Below are positions 28,842 through 44,073 of a DNA stretch of 64,000 nucleotides, in pieces (position 1 is the first letter of the stretch; every line of letters starts with the position of its first letter). The stretch lies in contig CAXHJY010000080.1 of NCBI GenBank assembly GCA_964016885.1, positions 100,758-164,757 on the forward strand, read 5' to 3'. The notes below the pieces were generated by a model that saw nothing but the letters and a program-made list of their open reading frames with translations, did not search any database and was not told the origin of the DNA. This DNA comes from Eledone cirrhosa (Eukaryota). A program made the translations under genes and the position numbers.

Positions 28842-29411
28842 GTGGCTGCGGCAATACAAAATCTGACATCATCTTCATTTTGGATTCCTCAACTAGTGTC
28901 CAAGCAGAAAATTTTCAGAAAATGCTCGATTTTGTAGTTGACTTTGTCTCTGCTGCTGATATTGACAGTGGCAATGTTAGAATCGGTGCAGTACTCTACA
29001 GTACAGATGTGAAAATACAATTCCATTTAAATGATTTCCAAAGTAAACAAGAAATGATCAAGGCAGTTGGTGAAATTGCCTATGTTTATGGTAGTACAAA
29101 CACTTATGGTGGACTAAACACAATGAGGACAGTAATGTTTACAAGAGAGAATGGTGACAGGCCATCTGTTGACAATATTGCCATACTTCTTACTGATGGT
29201 GTATCAAATATCAATTCATATCAGACTATTCCAGAAGCAGTGAAAGTTAGAGAAGATGGCATCCATATATATGCTATAGGTATTGGTCTAACTGATACTA
29301 CAGAATTGAGCAAGATTTCATCACTTCCTGTCAGTGAAAATATGTTTGTTGTCACTGATTTCAACGAATTATCGAATCTCAAGGAAAGAATCTTTGAACA
29401 ATATTGCCCAG
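28842..29411 (+). CDS. vWA domain exon 10 (Q>E variant)
   Basis: Copy of exon 1; ORF track 28880-29431. Confidence 0.95.
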
Positions 29412-30874
29412 GTATAGCAATTAGCATGTGATAACAAAGTGATACTGTACTTGATACTATTACTAATATCCAATCCCTCAGGCAATTAATATTCTAAAGA
29501 TATATCATTTATCAATATTGCTTACTGCCATTATATAAAATATCAGCTTTATTAAATATCTAAGTCAGCTTTTACAATTCCTGCAGTTAACAGTTCTAAT
29601 AATATCAGTAAATATCCCATGTCATTGCGCTACATACCTTTCCCTTCCACCTTCTATAATGTATGTTATCCTATGATAACTCCTATTGCTTTATTAACAA
29701 TGACTCATCCATGCGATATCTGTTTGTCAGTTAGAATCAAATAACTGAAATTATATCTACCTTCTTTTTTAATATTATTTATTATCAAGGTTGAAATATT
29801 CTGTACAATCTCTACAGTATATTTATATTCTAGTGATAACATTCCATATAACATTGACCTTCCAAATATATAACATTGATTATGAACTAATTTTTAATGA
29901 CCCAATACTCTGGCTGTGTATTAGTTTTACTGTTTCATTCTACAATTATTTCTCTTATAATTAACAGATTATTTTCTTCAATAAGTCGTTGTATTTCTAG
30001 AATCTTTGAATGATACATATTAATAAAAACTAATGGAGACAAGATTGCTGTACACTCAATCTTCACAATTACCAGCATTTATTGATGTAATTACTCTGTA
30101 TTTAACACAGCTAATATCTCTGCTTTAAAACCTAGACATAAATTCCTAATATATACCATTAAGTCATAGATCCTTTACTATATGTGAAGATAATCTACCA
30201 ATATTCTTTATAATGCTTCTACAAAATATGATGCCATAACTGTTATGACAATACCTGCAGCATGTAATTCTGATAACGTCTACCAATATACTGAATTAGT
30301 GTATAATATATCTTATTTGCTTCATGTCATTCTAGTGGAATTTTTGTTTATAAAATATAAAATTTCACTGTTGCCATATCTTCAGCTTTATGCATGTGTG
30401 AATTATTGTAAATAATAGAAACTGTATTTCTGTATAAATGAGTAGAATCATTGATAACCAGTGATTATGTAACGTTTGTGATATACTGGAAAGGTAACTG
30501 TGATATGAATGGAAGGCTGAATAATACTTTTCTTGTGACAAACTCTAACTTTCAGATATTCTTGTGACAAACTGTGACTTTCACACAAATACTAATAGAT
30601 TTTGTCTTCATATTGATATTCGTAATCTGTAATACCTAAATATTTACAAAGTAAATTAAATTAATTTAATATTTAAACTTTATCTGTAAGAAATATGTCA
30701 TATCTCTCTTGAAATATGTTTCTTACTTTCAATACCAACTGACTTAAAATATAACATTTATATGTAATACACTTCAATATGTAGGTAATATATTACATTG
30801 TTTTACTTTCAATTTACTATCAACTATTTAGAATTCTATCTTAATGAGTTATGTGATTATTATTTCCATAAAAG

Positions 30875-30931
30875 GAGGAGAAATAGTGACACCTAGTAGA
30901 GTTCCAATAATTGAAACAACCAGAAAGAGAG
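30875..30931 (+). CDS. 57-nt RKR linker exon, unit 11
   Basis: Same as 1359-1415. Confidence 0.75.
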
Positions 30932-31235
30932 GTGAGATATTACTGAAACATATTTATATATACTTAGATATGTTACAGAACAACACTTATAATATATAGA
31001 ACATATTACATAACAATTATTTCAATATCATCACTGGAATATTAATTAGTTATTCACAGTCAGCTATTGGAGATTAAACAGAAATATATATAGTAACATA
31101 TTTCAAAATATCAACATTTACATATTCTTATGAATATATAAAGTATATTTCAATATTTCAGATTATCTAGCAATGTCTTACTAACAGATTTCACATCATA
31201 TCTTTAAACTTACAACAATATTTTATTTCTCGCAG

Positions 31236-31280
31236 TTGTTGAAAAAACTCCAGCACCTGCTATTACATTACCAACTAAGG
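31236..31280 (+). CDS. 45-nt linker exon, unit 11
   Basis: Same splice sites. Confidence 0.9.
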
Positions 31281-32030
31281 GTAAGGCCCTTGTACTCCTC
31301 AACATACTCTTTTATGTTATATTGATATCTTTATGTCTATGTTAATCATAGCTACCTCTTTCTTTGTCAATCTCTTATTTCTATATATAAACATTCATTG
31401 ATCTGTCAGATGTTGTCAATATAATTCAGTAAATTATACTGTCTATCAGTAAAGTTCAATATATTTATCTATAGATGTAGTTATATCTTTTGTCTCTGTG
31501 ATATATGTTTGGTATGTTTTCTATATTTGTTATTTCTAAGATACCATCTTGAAATATTTCTTATTATTTGTTTGATCTCCTGACAATGTAGTCTCCTCAT
31601 ATATGGTCTGTAGTTTCATGTTGTGTTGTTTATTTGGAATATTGTTTTATGTAGAGTTGTTATTGTTTTGTTGTAGTGTTTTGGTAACAATTCAAACCAT
31701 ATCTTGTTATGTGAAGTTATATCTTACCTTAATAAGTTGATTTCTATATTGATATATTGTTTTTGTTGATTCTTTGTTATGTGACAGTATATCCCTATGT
31801 ACCAGTTGATGGTTTGTTATGTATCAGAATATATAGTTATGTTGTAATATTATTTCAATATTACCATGTCACCATCTTAACTGTTCTGTACTGTATCAAT
31901 ACAATGTACATGTAATGTAACATATTGTTCTGTTATGTCACTCAGTCTATGTTAAAAGATAATGTTAGATTTATCTATCAGCCACTCTACATTATTCTAT
32001 TAGTTAAAAACTTATTATAATGTTCTCCAG

Positions 32031-32600
32031 GTGGCTGCGGCAATACAAAATCTGACATCATCTTCATTTTGGATTCCTCAACTAGTGTCCAAGCAGAAAA
32101 TTTTCAGAAAATGCTCGATTTTGTAGTTGACTTTGTCTCTGCTGCTGATATTGACAGTGGCAATGTTAGAATCGGTGCAGTACTCTACAGTACAGATGTG
32201 AAAATACAATTCCATTTAAATGATTTCCAAAGTAAACAACAAATGATCAAGGCAGTTGGTGAAATTGCCTATGTTTATGGTAGTACAAACACTTATGGTG
32301 GACTAAACACAATGAGGACAGTAATGTTTACAAGAGAGAATGGTGACAGGCCATCTGTTGACAATATTGCCATACTTCTTACTGATGGTGTATCAAATAT
32401 CAATTCATATCAGACTATTCCAGAAGCAGTGAAAGTTAGAGAAGATGGCATCCATATATATGCTATAGGTATTGGTCTAACTGATACTACAGAATTGAGC
32501 AAGATTTCATCACTTCCTGTCAGTGAAAATATGTTTGTTGTCACTGATTTCAACGAATTATCGAATCTCAAGGAAAGAATCTTTGAACAATATTGCCCAG
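32031..32600 (+). CDS. vWA domain exon 11
   Basis: Copy of exon 1; ORF track 32069-32620. Confidence 0.95.
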
Positions 32601-34040
32601 GTATAGCAATTAGCATGTGATAACAAAGTGATACTGTACTTGATACTATTACTAATATCCAATCCCTCAGTCATTTATCAATATTGCTTACTGCCATTAT
32701 ATAAAATATCAGCTTTATTAAATATCTAAGTCAGCTTTTACAATTCCTGCAGTTAACAGTTCTAATAATATCAGTAAATATCCCATGTCATTGCGCTACA
32801 TACCTTTCCCTTCCACCTTCTATAATGTATGTTATCCTATGATAACTCCTATTGCTTTATTAACAATGACTCATCCATGCGATATCTGTTTGTCAGTTAG
32901 AATCAAATAACTGAAATTATATCTACCTTCTTTTTTAATATTATTTATTATCAAGGTTGAAATATTCTGTACAATCTCTACAGTATATTTATATTCTAGT
33001 GATAACATTCCATATAACATTGACCTTCCAAATATATAACATTGATTATGAACTAATTTTTAATGACCCAATACTCTGGCTGTGTATTAGTTTTACTGTT
33101 TCATTCTACAATTATTTCTCTTATAATTAACAGATTATTTTCTTCAATAAGTCGTTATATTTCTAGAATCTTAGAATGATTCATATTAATAAAAACTAAT
33201 GGAGACAAGATTGCTGTACACTCAATCTTCACAATTACCAGCATTTATTGATGTAATTACTCTGTATTTAACACAGCTAATATCTCTGCTTTAAAACCTA
33301 GACATAAATTCCTAATATATACCAATAAGTCATAGATCCTTTACAATATTTGAAGATAATCTACCAATATTCTTTATAATGCTTCTACAAAATATGATGC
33401 CATAACTGTTATGACAATACCTGCAGCATGTAATTGTGATAACGTCTACCAATATACTGAATTAGTGTATAATATATCTTATTTGCTTCATGTCATTCTA
33501 GTGGAATTTTTGTTTATAAAATATAAAATTTCACTGTTGCCATATCTTCAGCTTTATGCATGTGTGAATTATTGTAAATAATAGAAACTGTATTTCTGTA
33601 TAAATGAGTAGAATCATTGATAACCAGTGATTATGTAACGTTTGTGATATACTGGAAAGGTAACTGTGATATGAATGGAAGGCTGAATAATACTTTTCTT
33701 GTGACAAACTCTAACTTTCAGATATTCTTGTGACAAACTGTGACTTTCACACAAATACTAATAGATTTTGTCTTCATATTGATATTCGTAATCTGTAATA
33801 CCTAAATATTTACAAAGTAAATTAAATTAATTTAATATTTAAACTTTATCTGTAAGAAATATGTCATATCTCTCTTGAAATATGTTTCTTACTTTCAATA
33901 CCAACTGACTTAAAATATAACATTTATATGTAATACACTTCAATATGTAGGTAATATATTACATTGTTTTACTTTCAATTTACTATCAACTATTTAGAAT
34001 TCTATCTTAATGAGTTATGTGATTATTATTTCCATAAAAG

Positions 34041-34097
34041 GAGGAGAAATAGTGACACCTAGTAGAGTTCCAATAATTGAAACAACCAGAAAGAGAG
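34041..34097 (+). CDS. 57-nt RKR linker exon, unit 12
   Basis: Same as 1359-1415. Confidence 0.75.
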
Positions 34098-34401
34098 GTG
34101 AGATATTACTGAAACATATTTATATATACTTAGATATGTTACAGAACAACACTTATAATATATAGAACATATTACATAACAATTATTTCAATATCATCAC
34201 TGGAATATTAATTAGTTATTCACAGTCAGCTATTGGAGATTAAACAGAAATATATATAGTAACATATTTCAAAATATCAACATTTACATATTCTTATGAA
34301 TATATAAAGTATATTTCAATATTTCAGATTATCTAGCAATGTCTTACTAACAGATTTCACATCATATCTTTAAACTTACAACAATATTTTATTTCTCGCA
34401 G

Positions 34402-34446
34402 TTGTTGAAAAAACTCCAGCACCTGCTATTACATTACCAACTAAGG
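34402..34446 (+). CDS. 45-nt linker exon, unit 12
   Basis: Same splice sites. Confidence 0.9.
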
Positions 34447-35196
34447 GTAAGGCCCTTGTACTCCTCAACATACTCTTTTATGTTATATTGATATCTTTAT
34501 GTCTATGTTAATCATAGCTACCTCTTTCTTTGTCAATCTCTTATTTCTATATATAAACATTCATTGATCTGTCAGATGTTGTCAATATAATTCAGTAAAT
34601 TATACTGTCTATCAGTAAAGTTCAATATATTTATCTATAGATGTAGTTATATCTTTTGTCTCTGTGATATATGTTTGGTATGTTTTCTATATTTGTTATT
34701 TCTAAGATACCATCTTGAAATATTTCTTATTATTTGTTTGATCTCCTGACAATGTAGTCTCCTCATATATGGTCTGTAGTTTCATGTTGTGTTGTTTATT
34801 TGGAATATTGTTTTATGTAGAGTTGTTATTGTTTTGTTGTAGTGTTTTGGTAACAATTCAAACCATATCTTGTTATGTGAAGTTATATCTTACCTTAATA
34901 AGTTGATTTCTATATTGATATATTGTTTTTGTTGCTTCTTTGTTATGTGACAGTATATCCCTATGTACCAGTTGATGGTTTGTTATGTATCAGAATATAT
35001 AGTTATGTTGTAATATTATTTCAATATTACCATGTCACCATCTTAACTGTTCTGTACTGTATCAATACAATGTACATGTAATGTAACATATTGTTCTGTT
35101 ATGTCACTCAGTCTATGTTAAAAGATAATGTTAGATTTATCTATCAGCCACTCTACATTATTCTATTAGTTAAAAACTTATTATAATGTTCTCCAG

Positions 35197-35766
35197 GTGG
35201 CTGCGGCAATACAAAATCTGACATCATCTTCATTTTGGATTCCTCAACTAGTGTCCAAGCAGAAAATTTTCAGAAAATGCTCGATTTTGTAGTTGACTTT
35301 GTCTCTGCTGCTGATATTGACAGTGGCAATGTTAGAATCGGTGCAGTACTCTACAGTACAGATGTGAAAATACAATTCCATTTAAATGATTTCCAAAGTA
35401 AACAACAAATGATCAAGGCAGTTGGTGAAATTGCCTATGTTTATGGTAGTACAAACACTTATGGTGGACTAAACACAATGAGGACAGTAATGTTTACAAG
35501 AGAGAATGGTGACAGGCCATCTGTTGACAATATTGCCATACTTCTTACTGATGGTGTATCAAATATCAATTCATATCAGACTATTCCAGAAGCAGTGAAA
35601 GTTAGAGAAGATGGCATCCATATATATGCTATAGGTATTGGTCTAACTGATACTACAGAATTGAGCAAGATTTCATCACTTCCTGTCAGTGAAAATATGT
35701 TTGTTGTCACTGATTTCAACGAATTATCGAATCTCAAGGAAAGAATCTTTGAACAATATTGCCCAG
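35197..35766 (+). CDS. vWA domain exon 12
   Basis: Copy of exon 1; ORF track 35235-35786. Confidence 0.95.
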
Positions 35767-36105
35767 GTATAGCAATTAGCATGTGATAACAAAGTGATAC
35801 TGTACTTGATACTATTACTAATATCCAATCCCTCAGGCAATTAATATTCTAAAGATATATCATTTATCAATATTGCTTACTGCCATTATATAAAATATCA
35901 GCTTTATTAAATATCTAAGTCAGCTTTTACAATTCCTGCAGTTAACAGTTCTAATAATATCAGTAAATATCCCATGTCATTGCGCTACATACCTTTCCCT
36001 TCCACCTTCTATAATGTATGTTATCCTATGATAACTCCTATTGCTTTATTAACAATGACTCATCCATGCGATATCTGTTTGTCAGTTAGAATCAAATAAC
36101 TGAAA

Positions 36106-36317
36106 TTATATCTACCTTCTTTTTTAATATTATTTATTATCAAGGTTGAAATATTCTGTACAATCTCTACAGTATATTTATATTCTAGTGATAACATTCC
36201 ATATAACATTGTTATATCTACCTTCTTTTTTAATATTATTTATTATCAAGGTTGAAATATTCTGTACAATCTCTACAGTATATTTATATTCTAGTGATAA
36301 CATTCCATATAACATTG
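36106..36317 (+). repeat. 106-bp intronic tandem duplication private to one unit
   Basis: ttatatctacc...ataacattg occurs at 36106-36211 and 36212-36317; accounts for the 3295-bp period. Confidence 0.95.
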
Positions 36318-37335
36318 ACCTTCCAAATATATAACATTGATTATGAACTAATTTTTAATGACCCAATACTCTGGCTGTGTATTAGTTTTACTGTTTCATT
36401 CTACAATTATTTCTCTTATAATTAACAGATTATTTTCTTCAATAAGTCGTTGTATTTCTAGAATCTTTGAATGATACATATTAATAAAAACTAATGGAGA
36501 CAAGATTGCTGTACACTCAATCTTCACAATTACCAGCATTTATTGATGTAATTACTCTGTATTTAACACAGCTAATATCTCTGCTTTAAAACCTAGACAT
36601 AAATTCCTAATATATACCATTAAGTCATAGATCCTTTACTATATGTGAAGATAATCTACCAATATTCTTTATAATGCTTCTACAAAATATGATGCCATAA
36701 CTGTTATGACAATACCTGCAGCATGTAATTGTGATAACGTCTACCAATATACTGAATTAGTGTATAATATATCTTATTTGCTTCATGTCATTCTAGTGGA
36801 ATTTTTGTTTATAAAATATAAAATTTCACTGTTGCCATATCTTCAGCTTTATGCATGTGTGAATTATTGTAAATAATAGAAACTGTATTTCTGTATAAAT
36901 GAGTAGAATCATTGATAACCAGTGATTATGTAACGTTTGTGATATACTGGAAAGGTAACTGTGATATGAATGGAAGGCTGAATAATACTTTTCTTGTGAC
37001 AAACTCTAACTTTCAGATATTCTTGTGACAAACTGTGACTTTCACACAAATACTAATAGATTTTGTCTTCATATTGATATTCGTAATCTGTAATACCTAA
37101 ATATTTACAAAGTAAATTAAATTAATTTAATATTTAAACTTTATCTGTAAGAAATATGTCATATCTCTCTTGAAATATGTTTCTTACTTTCAATACCAAC
37201 TGACTTAAAATATAACATTTATATGTAATACACTTCAATATGTAGGTAATATATTACATTGTTTTACTTTCAATTTACTATCAACTATTTAGAATTCTAT
37301 CTTAATGAGTTATGTGATTATTATTTCCATAAAAG

Positions 37336-37392
37336 GAGGAGAAATAGTGACACCTAGTAGAGTTCCAATAATTGAAACAACCAGAAAGAGAG
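37336..37392 (+). CDS. 57-nt RKR linker exon, unit 13
   Basis: Same as 1359-1415. Confidence 0.75.
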
Positions 37393-37696
37393 GTGAGATA
37401 TTACTGAAACATATTTATATATACTTAGATATGTTACAGAACAACACTTATAATATATAGAACATATTACATAACAATTATTTCAATATCATCACTGGAA
37501 TATTAATTAGTTATTCACAGTCAGCTATTGGAGATTAAACAGAAATATATATAGTAACATATTTCAAAATATCAACATTTACATATTCTTATGAATATAT
37601 AAAGTATATTTCAATATTTCAGATTATCTAGCAATGTCTTACTAACAGATTTCACATCATATCTTTAAACTTACAACAATATTTTATTTCTCGCAG

Positions 37697-37741
37697 TTGT
37701 TGAAAAAACTCCAGCACCTGCTATTACATTACCAACTAAGG
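37697..37741 (+). CDS. 45-nt linker exon, unit 13
   Basis: Same splice sites. Confidence 0.9.
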
Positions 37742-38491
37742 GTAAGGCCCTTGTACTCCTCAACATACTCTTTTATGTTATATTGATATCTTTATGTCTA
37801 TGTTAATCATAGCTACCTCTTTCTTTGTCAATCTCTTATTTCTATATATAAACATTCATTGATCTGTCAGATGTTGTCAATATAATTCAGTAAATTATAC
37901 TGTCTATCAGTAAAGTTCAATATATTTATCTATAGATGTAGTTATATCTTTTGTCTCTGTGATATATGTTTGGTATGTTTTCTATATTTGTTATTTCTAA
38001 GATACCATCTTGAAATATTTCTTATTATTTGTTTGATCTCCTGACAATGTAGTCTCCTCATATATGGTCTGTAGTTTCATGTTGTGTTGTTTATTTGGAA
38101 TATTGTTTTATGTAGAGTTGTTATTGTTTTGTTGTAGTGTTTTGGTAACAATTCAAACCATATCTTGTTATGTGAAGTTATATCTTACCTTAATAAGTTG
38201 ATTTCTATATTGATATATTGTTTTTGTTGATTCTTTGTTATGTGACAGTATATCCCTATGTACCAGTTGATGGTTTGTTATGTATCAGAATATATAGTTA
38301 TGTTGTAATATTATTTCAATATTACCATGTCACCATCTTAACTGTTCTGTACTGTATCAATACAATGTACATGTAATGTAACATATTGTTCTGTTATGTC
38401 ACTCAGTCTATGTTAAAAGATAATGTTAGATTTATCTATCAGCCACTCTACATTATTCTATTAGTTAAAAACTTATTATAATGTTCTCCAG

Positions 38492-39061
38492 GTGGCTGCG
38501 GCAATACAAAATCTGACATCATCTTCATTTTGGATTCCTCAACTAGTGTCCAAGCAGAAAATTTTCAGAAAATGCTCGATTTTGTAGTTGACTTTGTCTC
38601 TGCTGCTGATATTGACAGTGGCAATGTTAGAATCGGTGCAGTACTCTACAGTACAGATGTGAAAATACAATTCCATTTAAATGATTTCCAAAGTAAACAA
38701 CAAATGATCAAGGCAGTTGGTGAAATTGCCTATGTTTATGGTAGTACAAACACTTATGGTGGACTAAACACAATGAGGACAGTAATGTTTACAAGAGAGA
38801 ATGGTGACAGGCCATCTGTTGACAATATTGCCATACTTCTTACTGATGGTGTATCAAATATCAATTCATATCAGACTATTCCAGAAGCAGTGAAAGTTAG
38901 AGAAGATGGCATCCATATATATGCTATAGGTATTGGTCTAACTGATACTACAGAATTGAGCAAGATTTCATCACTTCCTGTCAGTGAAAATATGTTTGTT
39001 GTCACTGATTTCAACGAATTATCGAATCTCAAGGAAAGAATCTTTGAACAATATTGCCCAG
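38492..39061 (+). CDS. vWA domain exon 13
   Basis: Copy of exon 1; ORF track 38530-39081. Confidence 0.95.
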
Positions 39062-40501
39062 GTATAGCAATTAGCATGTGATAACAAAGTCATACTGTAC
39101 TTGATACTATTACTAATATCCAATCCCTCAGTCATTTATCAATATTGCTTACTGCCATTATATAAAATATCAGCTTTATTAAATATCTAAGTCAGCTTTT
39201 ACAATTCCTGCAGTTAACAGTTCTAATAATATCAGTAAATATCCCATGTCATTGCGCTACATACCTTTCCCTTCCACCTTCTATAATGTATGTTATCCTA
39301 TGATAACTCCTATTGCTTTATTAACAATGACTCATCCATGCGATATCTGTTTGTCAGTTAGAATCAAATAACTGAAATTATATCTACCTTCTTTTTTAAT
39401 ATTATTTATTATCAAGGTTGAAATATTCTGTACAATCTCTACAGTATATTTATATTCTAGTGATAACATTCCATATAACATTGACCTTCCAAATATATAA
39501 CATTGATTATGAACTAATTTTTAATGACCCAATACTCTGGCTGTGTATTAGTTTTACTGTTTCATTCTACAATTATTTCTCTTATAATTAACAGATTATT
39601 TTCTTCAATAAGTCGTTATATTTCTAGAATCTTAGAATGATTCATATTAATAAAAACTAATGGAGACAAGATTGCTGTACACTCAATCTTCACAATTACC
39701 AGCATTTATTGATGTAATTACTCTGTATTTAACACAGCTAATATCTCTGCTTTAAAACCTAGACATAAATTCCTAATATATACCAATAAGTCATAGATCC
39801 TTTACAATATTTGAAGATAATCTACCAATATTCTTTATAATGCTTCTACAAAATATGATGCCATAACTGTTATGACAATACCTGCAGCATGTAATTGTGA
39901 TAACGTCTACCAATATACTGAATTAGTGTATAATATATCTTATTTGCTTCATGTCATTCTAGTGGAATTTTTGTTTATAAAATATAAAATTTCACTGTTG
40001 CCATATCTTCAGCTTTATGCATGTGTGAATTATTGTAAATAATAGAAACTGTATTTCTGTATAAATGAGTAGAATCATTGATAACCAGTGATTATGTAAC
40101 GTTTGTGATATACTGGAAAGGTAACTGTGATATGAATGGAAGGCTGAATAATACTTTTCTTGTGACAAACTCTAACTTTCAGATATTCTTGTGACAAACT
40201 GTGACTTTCACACAAATACTAATAGATTTTGTCTTCATATTGATATTCGTAATCTGTAATACCTAAATATTTACAAAGTAAATTAAATTAATTTAATATT
40301 TAAACTTTATCTGTAAGAAATATGTCATATCTCTCTTGAAATATGTTTCTTACTTTCAATACCAACTGACTTAAAATATAACATTTATATGTAATACACT
40401 TCAATATGTAGGTAATATATTACATTGTTTTACTTTCAATTTACTATCAACTATTTAGAATTCTATCTTAATGAGTTATGTGATTATTATTTCCATAAAA
40501 G

Positions 40502-40558
40502 GAGGAGAAATAGTGACACCTAGTAGAGTTCCAATAATTGAAACAACCAGAAAGAGAG
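40502..40558 (+). CDS. 57-nt RKR linker exon, unit 14
   Basis: Same as 1359-1415. Confidence 0.75.
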
Positions 40559-40862
40559 GTGAGATATTACTGAAACATATTTATATATACTTAGATATGT
40601 TACAGAACAACACTTATAATATATAGAACATATTACATAACAATTATTTCAATATCATCACTGGAATATTAATTAGTTATTCACAGTCAGCTATTGGAGA
40701 TTAAACAGAAATATATATAGTAACATATTTCAAAATATCAACATTTACATATTCTTATGAATATATAAAGTATATTTCAATATTTCAGATTATCTAGCAA
40801 TGTCTTACTAACAGATTTCACATCATATCTTTAAACTTACAACAATATTTTATTTCTCGCAG

Positions 40863-40907
40863 TTGTTGAAAAAACTCCAGCACCTGCTATTACATTACCA
40901 ACTAAGG
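40863..40907 (+). CDS. 45-nt linker exon, unit 14
   Basis: Same splice sites. Confidence 0.9.
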
Positions 40908-41657
40908 GTAAGGCCCTTGTACTCCTCAACATACTCTTTTATGTTATATTGATATCTTTATGTCTATGTTAATCATAGCTACCTCTTTCTTTGTCAATCT
41001 CTTATTTCTATATATAAACATTCATTGATCTGTCAGATGTTGTCAATATAATTCAGTAAATTATACTGTCTATCAGTAAAGTTCAATATATTTATCTATA
41101 GATGTAGTTATATCTTTTGTCTCTGTGATATATGTTTGGTATGTTTTCTATATTTGTTATTTCTAAGATACCATCTTGAAATATTTCTTATTATTTGTTT
41201 GATCTCCTGACAATGTAGTCTCCTCATATATGGTCTGTAGTTTCATGTTGTGTTGTTTATTTGGAATATTGTTTTATGTAGAGTTGTTATTGTTTTGTTG
41301 TAGTGTTTTGGTAACAATTCAAACCATATCTTGTTATGTGAAGTTATATCTTACCTTAATAAGTTGATTTCTATATTGATATATTGTTTTTGTTGATTCT
41401 TTGTTATGTGACAGTATATCCCTATGTACCAGTTGATGGTTTGTTATGTATCAGAATATATAGTTATGTTGTAATATTATTTCAATATTACCATGTCACC
41501 ATCTTAACTGTTCTGTACTGTATCAATACAATGTACATGTAATGTAACATATTGTTCTGTTATGTCACTCAGTCTATGTTAAAAGATAATGTTAGATTTA
41601 TCTATCAGCCACTCTACATTATTCTATTAGTTAAAAACTTATTATAATGTTCTCCAG

Positions 41658-42227
41658 GTGGCTGCGGCAATACAAAATCTGACATCATCTTCATTTTGGA
41701 TTCCTCAACTAGTGTCCAAGCAGAAAATTTTCAGAAAATGCTCGATTTTGTAGTTGACTTTGTCTCTGCTGCTGATATTGACAGTGGCAATGTTAGAATC
41801 GGTGCAGTACTCTACAGTACAGATGTGAAAATACAATTCCATTTAAATGATTTCCAAAGTAAACAACAAATGATCAAGGCAGTTGGTGAAATTGCCTATG
41901 TTTATGGTAGTACAAACACTTATGGTGGACTAAACACAATGAGGACAGTAATGTTTACAAGAGAGAATGGTGACAGGCCATCTGTTGACAATATTGCCAT
42001 ACTTCTTACTGATGGTGTATCAAATATCAATTCATATCAGACTATTCCAGAAGCAGTGAAAGTTAGAGAAGATGGCATCCATATATATGCTATAGGTATT
42101 GGTCTAACTGATACTACAGAATTGAGCAAGATTTCATCACTTCCTGTCAGTGAAAATATGTTTGTTGTCACTGATTTCAACGAATTATCGAATCTCAAGG
42201 AAAGAATCTTTGAACAATATTGCCCAG
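41658..42227 (+). CDS. vWA domain exon 14
   Basis: Copy of exon 1; ORF track 41696-42247. Confidence 0.95.
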
Positions 42228-43667
42228 GTATAGCAATTAGCATGTGATAACAAAGTCATACTGTACTTGATACTATTACTAATATCCAATCCCTCAGTCA
42301 TTTATCAATATTGCTTACTGCCATTATATAAAATATCAGCTTTATTAAATATCTAAGTCAGCTTTTACAATTCCTGCAGTTAACAGTTCTAATAATATCA
42401 GTAAATATCCCATGTCATTGCGCTACATACCTTTCCCTTCCACCTTCTATAATGTATGTTATCCTATGATAACTCCTATTGCTTTATTAACAATGACTCA
42501 TCCATGCGATATCTGTTTGTCAGTTAGAATCAAATAACTGAAATTATATCTACCTTCTTTTTTAATATTATTTATTATCAAGGTTGAAATATTCTGTACA
42601 ATCTCTACAGTATATTTATATTCTAGTGATAACATTCCATATAACATTGACCTTCCAAATATATAACATTGATTATGAACTAATTTTTAATGACCCAATA
42701 CTCTGGCTGTGTATTAGTTTTACTGTTTCATTCTACAATTATTTCTCTTATAATTAACAGATTATTTTCTTCAATAAGTCGTTATATTTCTAGAATCTTA
42801 GAATGATTCATATTAATAAAAACTAATGGAGACAAGATTGCTGTACACTCAATCTTCACAATTACCAGCATTTATTGATGTAATTACTCTGTATTTAACA
42901 CAGCTAATATCTCTGCTTTAAAACCTAGACATAAATTCCTAATATATACCAATAAGTCATAGATCCTTTACAATATTTGAAGATAATCTACCAATATTCT
43001 TTATAATGCTTCTACAAAATATGATGCCATAACTGTTATGACAATACCTGCAGCATGTAATTGTGATAACGTCTACCAATATACTGAATTAGTGTATAAT
43101 ATATCTTATTTGCTTCATGTCATTCTAGTGGAATTTTTGTTTATAAAATATAAAATTTCACTGTTGCCATATCTTCAGCTTTATGCATGTGTGAATTATT
43201 GTAAATAATAGAAACTGTATTTCTGTATAAATGAGTAGAATCATTGATAACCAGTGATTATGTAACGTTTGTGATATACTGGAAAGGTAACTGTGATATG
43301 AATGGAAGGCTGAATAATACTTTTCTTGTGACAAACTCTAACTTTCAGATATTCTTGTGACAAACTGTGACTTTCACACAAATACTAATAGATTTTGTCT
43401 TCATATTGATATTCGTAATCTGTAATACCTAAATATTTACAAAGTAAATTAAATTAATTTAATATTTAAACTTTATCTGTAAGAAATATGTCATATCTCT
43501 CTTGAAATATGTTTCTTACTTTCAATACCAACTGACTTAAAATATAACATTTATATGTAATACACTTCAATATGTAGGTAATATATTACATTGTTTTACT
43601 TTCAATTTACTATCAACTATTTAGAATTCTATCTTAATGAGTTATGTGATTATTATTTCCATAAAAG

Positions 43668-43724
43668 GAGGAGAAATAGTGACACCTAGTAGAGTTCCAA
43701 TAATTGAAACAACCAGAAAGAGAG
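43668..43724 (+). CDS. 57-nt RKR linker exon, unit 15
   Basis: Same as 1359-1415. Confidence 0.75.
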
Positions 43725-44028
43725 GTGAGATATTACTGAAACATATTTATATATACTTAGATATGTTACAGAACAACACTTATAATATATAGAACATATT
43801 ACATAACAATTATTTCAATATCATCACTGGAATATTAATTAGTTATTCACAGTCAGCTATTGGAGATTAAACAGAAATATATATAGTAACATATTTCAAA
43901 ATATCAACATTTACATATTCTTATGAATATATAAAGTATATTTCAATATTTCAGATTATCTAGCAATGTCTTACTAACAGATTTCACATCATATCTTTAA
44001 ACTTACAACAATATTTTATTTCTCGCAG

Positions 44029-44073
44029 TTGTTGAAAAAACTCCAGCACCTGCTATTACATTACCAACTAAGG
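44029..44073 (+). CDS. 45-nt linker exon, unit 15
   Basis: Same splice sites. Confidence 0.9.

Noticed and set aside
36146-36334. 62-aa ORF with internal repeat
   Set aside because: By-product of the 106-bp intronic duplication.
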